This document shows, piece by piece, positions 1-9,881 of a DNA stretch of 31,729 bases; the stretch's first letter is position 1, and the number at the start of each line of letters is the position of its first letter. The notes under the pieces were generated by a model. It was not told the DNA's origin. It ran no database searches and worked only from the letters and a program-made list of their open reading frames with translations. The DNA is from a virus (lineage: Duplodnaviria > Caudoviricetes), in IMG/VR virus record IMGVR_UViG_3300012940_000074, positions 1 to 31,729 of that record; one strand, 5' to 3'. Position numbers and translations under genes: made by a program.

Positions 1-189
1 CGGCATCTTCCGATGCCACCCTGGCCGTCTCGGCGGCGGTCTTGTGCTGGCCTGCGAGGGCTGCGGCATCTTCCGATGCCACCCTGGCCGTCTCGGCGGC
101 GGTCTTGTGCTGGCCTGCGAGGGTGGCGGCATCTTCCGATGCCACCTGCGCAGTTTGGGCATCAGTCTTATGTTGAGCCGCGAGCGTTG
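1..189. repeat. 63-bp tandem coding repeat (at least 3 copies, the third degenerate)
   Basis: CGGCATCTTCCGATGCCACC recurs at 1, 64 and 127. Units 1 and 2 are nearly identical and encode a 21-aa unit, VASEDAA(A/T)LAGQHKTAAETAR. Confidence 0.95.
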
Positions 190-370
190 CCGCATCCGCA
201 GCCTGTCCTGCCGACGTGTTTGCTGACTGCTGCTTGGCATTAACGTCTTCTTGGAGCGCATTCGCTTCTTCAGCAAACGTCGGCAGTGCCGCCATGAACG
301 TATCGGCACGGGTCGCAAAGTTCGCCGGATCAATCCGGCTCGGTGGCGTGGGGAGTGGGGTGATAGCCAT
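1..370 (-). CDS. Putative tail fibre / tail-tip protein, 5' part only (runs off the window)
   Basis: Not in the ORF track. ATG at 370 overlaps the upstream TGA (ATGA). Translates as MAITPLPTPPSRIDPANFATRADTFMAALPTFAEEANALQEDVNAK..., followed by Ala-rich 21-aa repeats, open to position 1. Confidence 0.8.
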   Translation of the reverse strand, partial: MAITPLPTPPSRIDPANFATRADTFMAALPTFAEEANALQEDVNAKQQSANTSAGQAADAATLAAQHKTDAQTAQVASEDAATLAGQHKTAAETARVASEDAAALAGQHKTAAETARVASEDA

Positions 371-1266
371 CAGATCAATCCTTCAATTTCAATGCTGCAG
401 TAAGCGAGCGTGGGATACGTGACCTCGATCGAGAAGTCACGATAGAAGCCGAACACTGTTTGGGACTGGAAACCTGCCGCATCGCTGCCGATCCACACGC
501 ATGGCGTCGCGCGTAGCTCGGACAGCACGCGGTGCACTTTGTTGAGCCTGGTTTTTTCCACTTCGAAGCGACCCGACATGCGCTTGCTGAACCGGCGTCG
601 CACGAATGTCGTGACGCCGGTTTCGCTCGTATCCTTGCGGCTGTAGTCGATGATGCCGATGTTCGATCCGCGCTGCGTGTCGCCCAAGTGCTGCGCCGTG
701 CCGAACACGAGCCCGCCGCATTTCACCATCCCGCCGCCGGCGATCTCGACGGTGACATGCGCGCTGCCGTACACTGGCAGATCGGTCAGCACTACTTCGG
801 TGAGTTGGTCGAACGGCTCAAAAAAATAGTCGTACCAGTCTGTCACCAAGGTACCGTCGAGCGCGCTTTCGTAGCTGTAGATCACCGGGCCACCCAGGCC
901 ATCCTGCACAGTCACTGTCAGGCTTGCCCCCTCCAGATTCAGGAGCGCCAGGCTATTGACGATGCCAGGGGCGACGACAACAGACAGCGGGCCACCCGAT
1001 GCATCGAAAGTCGTCTGCGAACTCACTTCCTGGTCGAACATCATCCACCGGTTTGTCGCCGACACTTGCGCCCAGTACGTCGCATTGCCACCAGGCGTGT
1101 GGTTGATGTTCGGCGTCTGCAGGCATTCCCAGACGACATGCTCATGAATGACGCGATCGCCGACGGCATAATCGGTCTCGCTATTCCATTCCGCATGGTC
1201 GTCCTCCGGTACGTTGGTGGAGATCAGCAGGGGCTCGGTAATCTCGATCGGTTTGATCACCTTCAT
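370..1266 (-). CDS. Distal tail-like protein with an N-terminal CBM5/12-like (chitin-binding type) module
   Basis: 298 aa, immediately after the tape measure gene (ATGA overlap). EWNSETDYAVGDRVIHEHVVWECLQ...PG...YW matches the W-x4-Y-x2-GD-x-V pattern of CBM5/12. Confidence 0.7.
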   Translation of the reverse strand: MKVIKPIEITEPLLISTNVPEDDHAEWNSETDYAVGDRVIHEHVVWECLQTPNINHTPGGNATYWAQVSATNRWMMFDQEVSSQTTFDASGGPLSVVVAPGIVNSLALLNLEGASLTVTVQDGLGGPVIYSYESALDGTLVTDWYDYFFEPFDQLTEVVLTDLPVYGSAHVTVEIAGGGMVKCGGLVFGTAQHLGDTQRGSNIGIIDYSRKDTSETGVTTFVRRRFSKRMSGRFEVEKTRLNKVHRVLSELRATPCVWIGSDAAGFQSQTVFGFYRDFSIEVTYPTLAYCSIEIEGLI

Positions 1267-4200
1267 ACGTTCTCCACACTCTCGACGTGTAACGGCTCGT
1301 CGTGGTCGTTCCGCACGTACATGCCGTCTTGCTCGATACGGCCCAGAAGTCGTGCCGTGGCACCGGTATTGGCAGCGGTTGCCCGTGATTCCGCGCGCAG
1401 GTTGGTCATTTCACGCCGCAGCAACGCCAGCTCGGCGTGCAGGGCACGAATCACAGCAGTGGGGTCGCCGCCGGCCGCGCCGCGCATGAACGCGGCAGTT
1501 TGACTGGCGTTCCAGATCCGGGCAGGGCCGGTCGCCTCCAACTCCGGGCCGTTCTCGCCAACCAGGCGCAAGCCTCCTGTGTGGTGCCCGCCGGCGGCGA
1601 ACGCAGCGACGGACTTACCGGTTAGCGCGTTAACGACCTGCTGCAGCCCGGCGGCTGTTCTGTCGCGACTCGCGTTGATCGCATCAACGATCAACCTCTC
1701 GGCCGACCGGGTCGAATCATCTAGCTCGGCCAGTGTCGCGTCGATCTGGCCGAGCAGTTCCAGGCTGTCTTCCTCGTAGCCGGCCGGCGCCAGGGTTTCC
1801 AGACGCTCGGCGACCGTCTCGGCGCGCGCCAGCGCTGTCGCCGCGAACCGAGTGTATTCGAGGTCGGTGCCATAGACCTCTCGAGCCTTCTCCAGCAGCG
1901 GATTGAGCAGGTTGTTGAGTTGGTCGCCGTAGCCAGCCAACGTTTCACCGTCGGTCGACAGCGCCATCGCATACGCGGTTGCGTATTGTTCCTGGAGCTG
2001 TTCGAATTGCTGCTCGGCCGAGAGTTGGCTGTAGCGATAGCTGTCCACGGTCCCGCGCAGTGTCGACGCGGTCGTGTTCATCAAATCAGCGAGCTGCTTC
2101 TGCGTCTCGTAGTAGCGCAAGGTCTCCTCGCGCAGCCGGCTCAACTTGTCAACCGATTTGCCGGCGTCGATTGCGAAGTCCTGCAGGGCGTCCGCATAGG
2201 CGAGCTGCGCAGCGCCCGCATTTTTTGCCGCGGTGTCCGCAGCTTTCTGAGCGGCGACCGTGGCTGCCTGGGCTTTTTCGAACGCAGCCTGCGCCGCTGC
2301 AATCTTCGCAGCCGACGCAGCGGCATTCGATGCCATCTGCTCCCGTGCCGTCTCCAGGGCAGTCAGCCGGTCGGCAAGCTTTTGTGTGAGCTGGCCATTA
2401 TCGACATTGAATCTCTCTGGTACGTAGGTTCCGGGGGCGATCGAACCGTCCAGTAACTTGCTAGAGTCATATTTCGTCAGGCGACGAATGTCGGCACGGC
2501 TGTTGTACAGGTTGATCAGGCTCGTTTCTCGGGACGCTACCCGTGCGGCATCCGCCGCCGCAAGCTTGTTCGCCGCGTCTTGCGCTACACCGATAGCTGC
2601 CAGTTTCTGCGCTTCGTCCGCGCGCTTTTGCTTCAGTGCTGCATCGGCGGCGGCCAGTTTGCTCTGCGTCGACAGCAAGGCCGCGTTGCTCGGCAAGTCG
2701 GTGTTGATGTCGGCGATCTGGCGCGCAATGGTCGATTTGCTCATCACCGTGGGGTCGATGATCTGCAGCGCCGCCTCGCGCACTGCGATACGCTCATTGC
2801 CGATGCTATTGATGACACCGGCGATGCGTTCTGCCAGGTTTTTGAACACGAGTTCCATCGTGGAGACGAATGTCGACGTGTCGACGTCCTGCAAGGCAGT
2901 CGCGAGGCCGGCCACGTCGACGATGGTGTCGTTTGCGCTCAGACGCAGGTTGTCGATCTGATCGTTCAGCAATGCGGCCGCGAGCTGGGCGCCGGTCAGG
3001 GTTGGCGAGATCGCTGCGCCGGCATCAGTGAAATAGATCAACCCGGAGCCAGCATCCATGAAGATGCGCGAAATCGCGCCGGCGATCGTGCCGGTCTGCT
3101 CCATATTGGATGCAAATGCCTGTGTGCCGATGGACGCAGCATCAAGGGCCGGTATCAGTTGGCCGCGTCCGGTGAATGTTTCGATCAGACGCTCTGCCGT
3201 TTCCTGAGCCATGCGCGCCGTCGTTTCTGCTGTCGCGGCGAACTGCGGAGCGATCGCAAGCAGCGTGGCATATGCAATCCGACCCGATTCCGTGTTCAAG
3301 TCCAGTGAAGCGGCGATATTGCGCAGCTCGTCCATCGTGCGCGGCATCGCAATGTTCACCGCGTCCAGCGCATCGGCCATTTGCCGCGCGCTGTCCTCGG
3401 CGCGCTCGGATTCAGAGTAGTAGAGCTGGTAGAACGTGGCGCTGGCCTGGCTCAGGTTTTCCATGCCGCCGAACGCATCGGCCAGCTTGCTCGCGGCATC
3501 GCCGCCGGCAAGCGACACTTGGAACAGCCGCTGGCGCAGCATCGACAGCCAGGAGTTGGCCCCAACAAGACTGCTGCTGAGCCGCTGCAGCGTGTCGCTT
3601 GCCGTCTCTCCGGTCTTGCCAAATTTCTCGATGCCGGGCGCGACCTCTTTAACGATGTCGTTTGTTACGTCGATGAGCAACTCGGCAATCAGCGTCTTGT
3701 TTTCCTCTTCATCCTTTGTGAGCTTGAGCTTGATGCTTTTCGCGTAATCATCGAGCTTGTCGGCCTCAAGCCCCAACGCCTCGGCGAAGCCGGCAGCCGA
3801 TGTTTTAATGGCTTCGAAGCTGGATGAGAGATAGTCGCGCAACTCAATGTCGAGCCCTTCCCGTGTAGTGCCGCGCTTGTCGCTCCTGAACCAGCCACCT
3901 TTCTGAACCCAGTTTTGATATGAATTGCCGTTGAAGCCGAGGTCGGAAAACTCGCCCTCGATGCCAAACGACTTGACTTCTTTTGGACCACGGCCGAACG
4001 CACGGTTCAGCACGCCACCGATCGCGCCGCCGATGATGGCGCCCAGAGGACCGCCGATCGAGCCGATCTGAGCGCCAAGGGCTGCACCGGACACAGTGCC
4101 GACAACCGGAGTGATCGAACTGCCGTATTTGCCGGAAATCATGTTGCCGAGGCCGATGCCGGCGCCGATGCCGCCGAGCCAGGTGCCCGCTACGCCGGCC

Positions 4201-6620
4201 ATCTGGCCGTAGCCGATCGAGTTTGCTACTCCGCTCATGCCGGCGGCGTTGTATGCCGACGCGGCCGCCGCTGCCTGGGCAGATGTCATGCCCATGCCGG
4301 CGCCGAATGCCGATACCGCCGACGAACCGAACATGTTGCCGGCCATCGATACGAGGCCGCCGAGACCGGCGCTCGCCGCACCGGAGAATCCATCCCACAG
4401 TGCTTTTCCGGCTGTGAGCATGTTGAGCGGGCTCGTTCCCGACCCGCCGATTGCGGACGCCGCTGCCGATGGTGAAAAAACAGATGCGACGGCGCCAGCG
4501 ACCGGCGACATGATCGTTTGCACGACCGGCCGCAGAACCAGCGTGCGGAAATAGTCCTTCAGATACTCGCCCGCACTTTTCCCACCGCGCATGATTGCGT
4601 CGGTCAGCGAGCGGCTGACGTCGTCGAACGATCGCTTCCATTCCTCCGCAGCTTTCGTCGCGGCCTTCGCATTTTCTTCCTGACTTTCATGAGAGCTGAT
4701 CGCTGCCGCCAGGCGCTTCCTGGCCTCGATTTCCCGGCCGAGCTGCGCGATCGCTTCGTCCGAGCCTTCGAACTGGAGTAGCGCGGCGCGCTTTTCTTCC
4801 AGGCGCGCGATCGCCAATTCCTCCAGCGCTGCCTTGCTTCGGCCATAGGTCGCGACCTCGTCTTCGAGCACCTGGGCCTTGGCGTTAATAGCGTTTATCT
4901 GTGCTTCGACTGCAGCGGCGTCTTTTTCGCGCTGCTTGCGGAATTCCTCGTGAGCCTTGTTCAGCTCCTCCGTGGCATCGATCTCGCGCAAGATGCCCGC
5001 GAGGGTTTCGGCCTGGGCGAGTTGCTCTTGCAGGCGTGCGCGGGTGCGCTCGTCTGTTGCGGCCTTCAACTGCTCGGAATAGCGCAGAGCGAGCTGTTCG
5101 CCTTCGTTGAGTTTCGCCGCAGCGGCGCCGTGCTCCTGGAGCTGCGCAAGGTACTGCTGTTCTGCCTGGATGCGAGCCCTCATGTTGGCCAGTTCCGATT
5201 CGCCATGTTGAGCAGCTTTCGGCTGGTACTTCTCTCGCACAATCGCGATCGCCTTCTGGATATCCAGCTCGCTGCGGCCCGCAGCCACGCCATCGGCGCG
5301 GACCTTGGCGATCTCCGCCTCCATCTTCTTCTGCTTGCTTTGCCCCTCGTACAGCACCTGCGAAAATCGGATGCCGGCTTGTTCGGCACGAACCCGTTCC
5401 GCCTCAGCTTCGGCAGCACGGTCGATCAGGTGAATGGTTTCCTGGCGCAGCGCCTTCTCGTCGGTCAGTGCCTGGAGGACTTGCCCCAGCGTCTGCGTAG
5501 AACCGAGGCCCGCCCGCGTGTTCTCGCCGTGCTGCGCGATTTGCGCGCGCACGGATTCGATACGCGCGTCCAGCACCGCCATCTGCTGCTCTGCAGTCTG
5601 ATCGCGGCCGATCGAAAGAACCTCGTCCAGCGCTTCCTTGCCAGCATTTTTAACGGCCTTCCATGCGCGTTCAATGAGACCGAGGCTCTCGGTAATGCGT
5701 GTTGCCCGAGCAGCCATGGCATCGGCATAGGTGGATTGAGCGAGCGCCGCCGCTTCCTCTTCCCGCCCCTGATCACGCAGTGCTCGGATCTGGTCGTACA
5801 CAGCGGCAGTCAGATAGCGGTACTGCTCATTGAGCTTCAGGCTGGCCTCGACCGGCGCCTTGCCGAGTTCGGCGAACTCCTTGACCGTGTCGCTGACGGC
5901 CTTGCCCACCGCACTTTCCATTTTCAGCGCCACTGTCGTGAAGCGCTCCAGATTGGCCGCGGCCACCCGGCCGGTTGATACCATTTCGGCAAGAGCCGCT
6001 GCAGCGGCCGACTGCGTGCCGGTCACGCGATCGATGCTCTCGGCCATGGCGTTGAGCTGTCCCACAGAGACGCCGGCAGCGTTGCCAGTCATGACGATCA
6101 CTTTGCGATACTCGTCACCTTCGCGCGATCCCTGGTTGTACGCCAAGGCAAGACCCACGGCCGCACCGGTTGCCAATGTCAGAGGATTGATCAGGCGGAG
6201 GACGTAGCCGCCGACCGCGCGAACCGCCGGCCCGATCCCGCCAAACATGTCCTTGAGCTGTCCGCCTTGCTGGAGCAGCACCGTCATCGGTGCCTGGCCG
6301 GATGCCAGCGACGTGAAGATGTCCGTCATCTGCGCCGGCACGCCACGCAATGCAGCGGCGGTCTGTTTGGCCGACATGCCGGTTCGTTTCGTCAGCGCCT
6401 CGGTTTCGTTCAGCACCTCGACATTGCGGCGATGTGATGATGCAAGCTCGGACGCAGTATTGCCAAGCTGCTCCTGCGTAGCCGCTACCGTCTTGGCGAC
6501 GTTCTCGGCCGTGGCGCCGATCTTCTTTGTCGCAGCCTCGACGTCGCCCAGGTTTGTGACGGCCTGCTTGTTGCCGTCGACCCTGATCTGGATGCCGAAC
6601 TGGATGAGCTTGCTTGTCAT
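1263..6620 (-). CDS. Tail length tape measure protein (lambda-type N-terminal domain)
   Basis: 1785 aa, Ala-rich. Has the lambda-family motif AALRGVPAQMTDIFTSLASGQAPMTVLLQQGGQLKDMFGG, a Gly-rich hydrophobic middle and a C-terminal FAAGGHHTGGLRLVGENGPEL. Confidence 0.95.
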   Translation of the reverse strand: MTSKLIQFGIQIRVDGNKQAVTNLGDVEAATKKIGATAENVAKTVAATQEQLGNTASELASSHRRNVEVLNETEALTKRTGMSAKQTAAALRGVPAQMTDIFTSLASGQAPMTVLLQQGGQLKDMFGGIGPAVRAVGGYVLRLINPLTLATGAAVGLALAYNQGSREGDEYRKVIVMTGNAAGVSVGQLNAMAESIDRVTGTQSAAAAALAEMVSTGRVAAANLERFTTVALKMESAVGKAVSDTVKEFAELGKAPVEASLKLNEQYRYLTAAVYDQIRALRDQGREEEAAALAQSTYADAMAARATRITESLGLIERAWKAVKNAGKEALDEVLSIGRDQTAEQQMAVLDARIESVRAQIAQHGENTRAGLGSTQTLGQVLQALTDEKALRQETIHLIDRAAEAEAERVRAEQAGIRFSQVLYEGQSKQKKMEAEIAKVRADGVAAGRSELDIQKAIAIVREKYQPKAAQHGESELANMRARIQAEQQYLAQLQEHGAAAAKLNEGEQLALRYSEQLKAATDERTRARLQEQLAQAETLAGILREIDATEELNKAHEEFRKQREKDAAAVEAQINAINAKAQVLEDEVATYGRSKAALEELAIARLEEKRAALLQFEGSDEAIAQLGREIEARKRLAAAISSHESQEENAKAATKAAEEWKRSFDDVSRSLTDAIMRGGKSAGEYLKDYFRTLVLRPVVQTIMSPVAGAVASVFSPSAAASAIGGSGTSPLNMLTAGKALWDGFSGAASAGLGGLVSMAGNMFGSSAVSAFGAGMGMTSAQAAAAASAYNAAGMSGVANSIGYGQMAGVAGTWLGGIGAGIGLGNMISGKYGSSITPVVGTVSGAALGAQIGSIGGPLGAIIGGAIGGVLNRAFGRGPKEVKSFGIEGEFSDLGFNGNSYQNWVQKGGWFRSDKRGTTREGLDIELRDYLSSSFEAIKTSAAGFAEALGLEADKLDDYAKSIKLKLTKDEEENKTLIAELLIDVTNDIVKEVAPGIEKFGKTGETASDTLQRLSSSLVGANSWLSMLRQRLFQVSLAGGDAASKLADAFGGMENLSQASATFYQLYYSESERAEDSARQMADALDAVNIAMPRTMDELRNIAASLDLNTESGRIAYATLLAIAPQFAATAETTARMAQETAERLIETFTGRGQLIPALDAASIGTQAFASNMEQTGTIAGAISRIFMDAGSGLIYFTDAGAAISPTLTGAQLAAALLNDQIDNLRLSANDTIVDVAGLATALQDVDTSTFVSTMELVFKNLAERIAGVINSIGNERIAVREAALQIIDPTVMSKSTIARQIADINTDLPSNAALLSTQSKLAAADAALKQKRADEAQKLAAIGVAQDAANKLAAADAARVASRETSLINLYNSRADIRRLTKYDSSKLLDGSIAPGTYVPERFNVDNGQLTQKLADRLTALETAREQMASNAAASAAKIAAAQAAFEKAQAATVAAQKAADTAAKNAGAAQLAYADALQDFAIDAGKSVDKLSRLREETLRYYETQKQLADLMNTTASTLRGTVDSYRYSQLSAEQQFEQLQEQYATAYAMALSTDGETLAGYGDQLNNLLNPLLEKAREVYGTDLEYTRFAATALARAETVAERLETLAPAGYEEDSLELLGQIDATLAELDDSTRSAERLIVDAINASRDRTAAGLQQVVNALTGKSVAAFAAGGHHTGGLRLVGENGPELEATGPARIWNASQTAAFMRGAAGGDPTAVIRALHAELALLRREMTNLRAESRATAANTGATARLLGRIEQDGMYVRNDHDEPLHVESVENV

Positions 6621-6627
6621 TGACTGT

Positions 6628-7028
6628 CTATGCCTGCCTGCTTCTCTTCTCGGCCATCACCGTTAATGCTTCGAGTTCCATCACACGGATGCCGTCGAAG
6701 ATATCGGCCCAATCCTTGCGCTTGATGCCGCGCTTGAGCTTCAGCACCGTTTCAAGCCTGCTGTAATTGATGCCGGTCCGAATCAGGCGTCCTTCATTCG
6801 CAACGATGTCCCACTGAGAATGCAGGGCCATGAACACTTCGACGATCTGGGCGTTCTCCGGCCATACTTCGAAACGCTCGATGTCATCCTCGGCTTGCAC
6901 CGGCACACCTTCGATTTCGCTGGCCAGGCCGAAGGCCGCCATGTCTTCGGCAACCTCGGTGCTGACATGGGCCTGGCCGAACTTCGCATCATTGCTGCCG
7001 CCGGCCCACCAGGCGGCAGCTTCCTTCA
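6628..7028 (-). CDS. Tail assembly chaperone, frameshifted (gpT/DUF1799-like) segment
   Basis: ORF 6628-6942 (FEVWPEN...F...QW...GINY...IRVMELEAL) extends upstream in frame as LKEAAAWWAGG... to the slippery site of the preceding gene. Confidence 0.8.
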
Positions 7029-7406
7029 GTTTTTTACCTTCGCTCCGCCGATTGTCGCGAAGAAGGTTTTAACGATCGAGGGACGCACCGGGAATACGTC
7101 CAGCAGCGCGGAAAGGTTCGCCTCGTTGAACTCCAGATCGGCACCGGATTCGTCCTGCACGCCAGCCCAGCCGACCATGACCATGCGAACCAGCTCGTCA
7201 TCGGTCAGGCGCTCAACTTCTTCATAGTCCTCCTCGCCTTCCTTGCTCTTGAATCCGAGCAGGCGGTCATTGATTTCATCGAGTTCGCTCTGCGTCAGGC
7301 GCTTGAACTCCGCCTGGAATTCGCGCTGAATGGTTTTGCCGCCATCGCTCGGGATGGCGACCTTGACGGTGGCGGTGTAGGTTGGATTGACTGCGAGCTT
7401 GAACAT
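7026..7406 (-). CDS. Tail assembly chaperone (gpG-like)
   Basis: 126 aa between the tail tube and tape measure genes. GWAGV motif, ends ...KVKN at a slippery heptamer, SD AGAGG. Confidence 0.85.
   Translation of the reverse strand: MFKLAVNPTYTATVKVAIPSDGGKTIQREFQAEFKRLTQSELDEINDRLLGFKSKEGEEDYEEVERLTDDELVRMVMVGWAGVQDESGADLEFNEANLSALLDVFPVRPSIVKTFFATIGGAKVKN
7029..7035 (-). other. -1 programmed frameshift slippery site A-AAA-AAC
   Basis: The minus strand reads GTA AAA AAC TGA. The -1 frame is open through 6628. Confidence 0.85.
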
Positions 7407-7450
7407 GTGAATTTCCTCTTGCGGTATGTTTGGCGAGTATGTTTGGTGAA

Positions 7451-7470
7451 CTGCCCCGCGCGCGGGGCAG
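7451..7470 (-). terminator. Hairpin after the tail tube gene (weak terminator or RNA-stabilising stem)
   Basis: Perfect 20-bp palindrome CTGCCCCGCGCGCGGGGCAG, 3 nt after the stop codon, with only a short U-run. Confidence 0.45.
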
Positions 7471-7473
7471 GGG

Positions 7474-8421
7474 TTACAGGTTCGCGACGGCGACTTCGTC
7501 GTTGCCGTCGACCGGCGCCGGCTCCAGCGTCAGCTTGTATGCCAGCATTTCCTCGATCCGGTCGTACTCGACGTTTGCCACGCGCACCTTCAGGTCGGTC
7601 TTGAGCTGCTTGCCCGCCGTCGTGCCATGCGTGGTCGTTAAATCGACGACCTGGTTCGCCTCGCACAGCGCGAACGGGTCGAAGGTACCGATCGGCGGCG
7701 CGAGCACCATCAGGCTCGCCTGCGGCGCGCGATCGACGATCGCTACCTCACGGTGCGGGCCCGGAATATCGACGCGCGAAATGCTGTTGCCGAGGGACCA
7801 TTCCAGATCCGAGAACGCGAGATCGACGCCATTGAGCGTGGCCGGCAGCGTATTGATGCTGGTGACGCCTTCCTCGATCGTCCAGCCGGTACGCGTCACC
7901 GTCGGCAGTCCACCGGCAATCGGAGACAGGTACAGGAAGTCGTAGCTGAACGACAGCATCGGCGTGCCCTTTGCGGTCAGCTTGCAGCGCACGTCGCCCC
8001 GACCGCCGGTCAGCTTGTGCAGCACGCCGTCGATGTTGATGTATGCGCACACGCTGCCGAATGCGGTGCTGACCAGGTTGTACGCGACGGACGTATCCGC
8101 AACCGTCGTCTCGGCCATGCCGCAGCCGAGCATCAGCGCCCCCCATTTCGGGGCGGTGCCCACCGTGCCGGAGCCGGCATACGCAACGTCGAAACTCAGC
8201 TTGGCCCACTTCGAAACGACCACGCTGCCGCTGCTGCCCATGTAAGGCAGCTCGATGTTGCGATCGGCACGCTCGACGTCCATCGGCGTCAAGGTCACAT
8301 TGCGCGCCTCGATCCAGTTTGCCTCGCCGGTCGGCGTGGCATCTTCGCCATAACTGGCTTCGGGTTTCACCAGGATGGCCTTGTTCTTCCACTGGCGCGG
8401 GGTAGCGATCAGATTAGCCAC
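7474..8421 (-). CDS. Major tail tube protein (non-contractile tail)
   Basis: 315 aa, beta-rich, begins ...ILVKPEASYGEDATPT. It lies before the chaperones and there is no sheath gene. GTG start with SD AAGGAG. Confidence 0.8.
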   Translation of the reverse strand: MANLIATPRQWKNKAILVKPEASYGEDATPTGEANWIEARNVTLTPMDVERADRNIELPYMGSSGSVVVSKWAKLSFDVAYAGSGTVGTAPKWGALMLGCGMAETTVADTSVAYNLVSTAFGSVCAYINIDGVLHKLTGGRGDVRCKLTAKGTPMLSFSYDFLYLSPIAGGLPTVTRTGWTIEEGVTSINTLPATLNGVDLAFSDLEWSLGNSISRVDIPGPHREVAIVDRAPQASLMVLAPPIGTFDPFALCEANQVVDLTTTHGTTAGKQLKTDLKVRVANVEYDRIEEMLAYKLTLEPAPVDGNDEVAVANL

Positions 8422-8626
8422 GCTTCTTCTCCTTCACAGATTTAACGGGTTTGATGGGGGCAGCCGGCTGTTCCTGCTGCGCGCCAGCGGCCTGCGCTTC
8501 CCGGACCGGTTCGCGCCTGCCGCTGGCGGGATCGAAGACGTACCGCCCGCCGATTCCCCAGTTCGGAGACTTCGCAAAGTCCGCCGTGCCAGGAAGAGGC
8601 CGTGCTTGCTTGTCTGCGGTTTTCAT
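8414..8626 (-). CDS. Small conserved phage protein (GGRYVFDPxxGxR type), ~70 aa
   Basis: ATG 8626 with SD AGGAG and an ATGA overlap. Sits between the tail terminator and tube genes. Confidence 0.65.
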   Translation of the reverse strand: MKTADKQARPLPGTADFAKSPNWGIGGRYVFDPASGRREPVREAQAAGAQQEQPAAPIKPVKSVKEKKRG

Positions 8627-9045
8627 AAAATGCTCCTGTCGAAATATGCGGTGCGGTACACGTCCTGCCACCACATGTGGCCGTCGCGAAAGGCCAGCAG
8701 GCCGCTATTGCCGCGCTCGTAAGGGTCGTGGCCAGCCGCCGGCGACCAGCCAAGCAGGCGCTCCTTGACCGCTTGCCGAAGCTCGATCAAGTCCTGTCGC
8801 GCTGCGTCGCCGGTCACGTCGCTGACGTTCTTCACAACGAAGGCGATGCCGACGCCTGCTACGACGCGCTGGATGACGACGTTCCCCATCTGGTTTTCGC
8901 CTGGCGACTCTTCCAGAGGGAACACGAATGCGGCCGGCGTGACAGTTGGATTACGCTCGACGGCCGTCTGGAAGTCCGCCGCGCCTCCGACCAGCTTCAA
9001 CGCCGGCACCTCGGCGCGCAGACGGGCAATCGTTGCGTCGATCAT
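8623..9045 (-). CDS. Tail terminator (Mu gp37-like)
   Basis: 140 aa with TPAAFVFP and VKERLLGWSP motifs, following the gp36-like gene. Confidence 0.8.
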   Translation of the reverse strand: MIDATIARLRAEVPALKLVGGAADFQTAVERNPTVTPAAFVFPLEESPGENQMGNVVIQRVVAGVGIAFVVKNVSDVTGDAARQDLIELRQAVKERLLGWSPAAGHDPYERGNSGLLAFRDGHMWWQDVYRTAYFDRSIL

Positions 9046-9440
9046 GGCCGCCCCGAGCGCTTGAATACCGCCTCGGTCGGCGCGACCATCACCACCTCGG
9101 CCGAGCCGCCGCCGGATACATTGGCAGCGCCCTGGAGCACCACCCGGCCTGACTGGACGTCACGCAGCCATGCGATCGCATCCTTGTGGTCGTCGCGGGC
9201 GCGGTCGGTCGCGGCGTCGCCGAGCAGCATGTAGCGCGCGATCGCGCAGGCGTACTGCGGCAGGTTCGCCGGCACCGACGACAACGGCAGGACGTAACGC
9301 GTAGCCAGGTAGCCGTTAATCAGCGCGTCGGCGCCGTCGAGAATCTGATCGAGCGCGCCGTCCGGCAGGGCCGATTCGCGTTGTGCGATTTCGGCCTCGC
9401 CGTAGCGTGCCTCCAGTGCCTGGCGCGATGCGTAGGGCAT
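9042..9440 (-). CDS. Head-tail adaptor (Mu gp36/J, DUF1320-like)
   Basis: MPYAS...RYG...INGYLATRYVLPL...CAIARY...AIAWLRDV is the typical gp36 pattern. Confidence 0.9.
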   Translation of the reverse strand: MPYASRQALEARYGEAEIAQRESALPDGALDQILDGADALINGYLATRYVLPLSSVPANLPQYACAIARYMLLGDAATDRARDDHKDAIAWLRDVQSGRVVLQGAANVSGGGSAEVVMVAPTEAVFKRSGRP

Positions 9441-9821
9441 TTACGCCTCTTCCTCGCCGGCCGGCACCTCGACCTCGCGCACGGTCAGGTCGGGATCGTT
9501 GCGCAGCATCGCGACCTGCTCCTTCGTCAGCTCGTCCAGCCGCACAACGGTCGGCTGCTTAAACCACGGCCGCCCAGCCCTCCGAAAGCCATCCCGCGTC
9601 GAGGTAACTTCGAGGCCAGGGATGCTTTTGGTTGACGAGTTTTGCCCAGCGCTTGTGTCGGGCTTGGCGGCAGCGGCGGGGGCCGGAGCGGCCTTTGCTT
9701 CGTTGGTGCCTGCCCCCTTGGCCTCGTCGATCGACGCCTGGTTGATAGTGGCGGCCGGTGCCCCCTTGGTCTTCGGGGCCGGGCTGGGCTTTGCGGCGCC
9801 GGCCGTTCCTTTTTTTGCCAT
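9441..9821 (-). CDS. Mu gp35 / HI1506-like protein
   Basis: ATG 9821 with SD GGAG. Ala/Lys/Pro-rich N-terminus and C-terminal DGFRRAGRPW...LRNDPDLTV motif. Confidence 0.8.
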   Translation of the reverse strand: MAKKGTAGAAKPSPAPKTKGAPAATINQASIDEAKGAGTNEAKAAPAPAAAAKPDTSAGQNSSTKSIPGLEVTSTRDGFRRAGRPWFKQPTVVRLDELTKEQVAMLRNDPDLTVREVEVPAGEEEA

Positions 9822-9853
9822 GTGGATCTCCAGATCGATGCAGCCCTGGTTCA

Positions 9854-9881
9854 GCCCCGCCCAATCAATCATGGGCGGGGC
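9854..9881 (-). other. GC-rich hairpin after the major capsid gene
   Basis: GCCCCGCCCA-N8-TGGGCGGGGC, a 10-bp perfect stem with no U-tract. Confidence 0.5.

Noticed and set aside
1-189. CRISPR array
   Set aside because: The units are contiguous 63-bp in-frame repeats with no unique spacers, and there are no cas genes.
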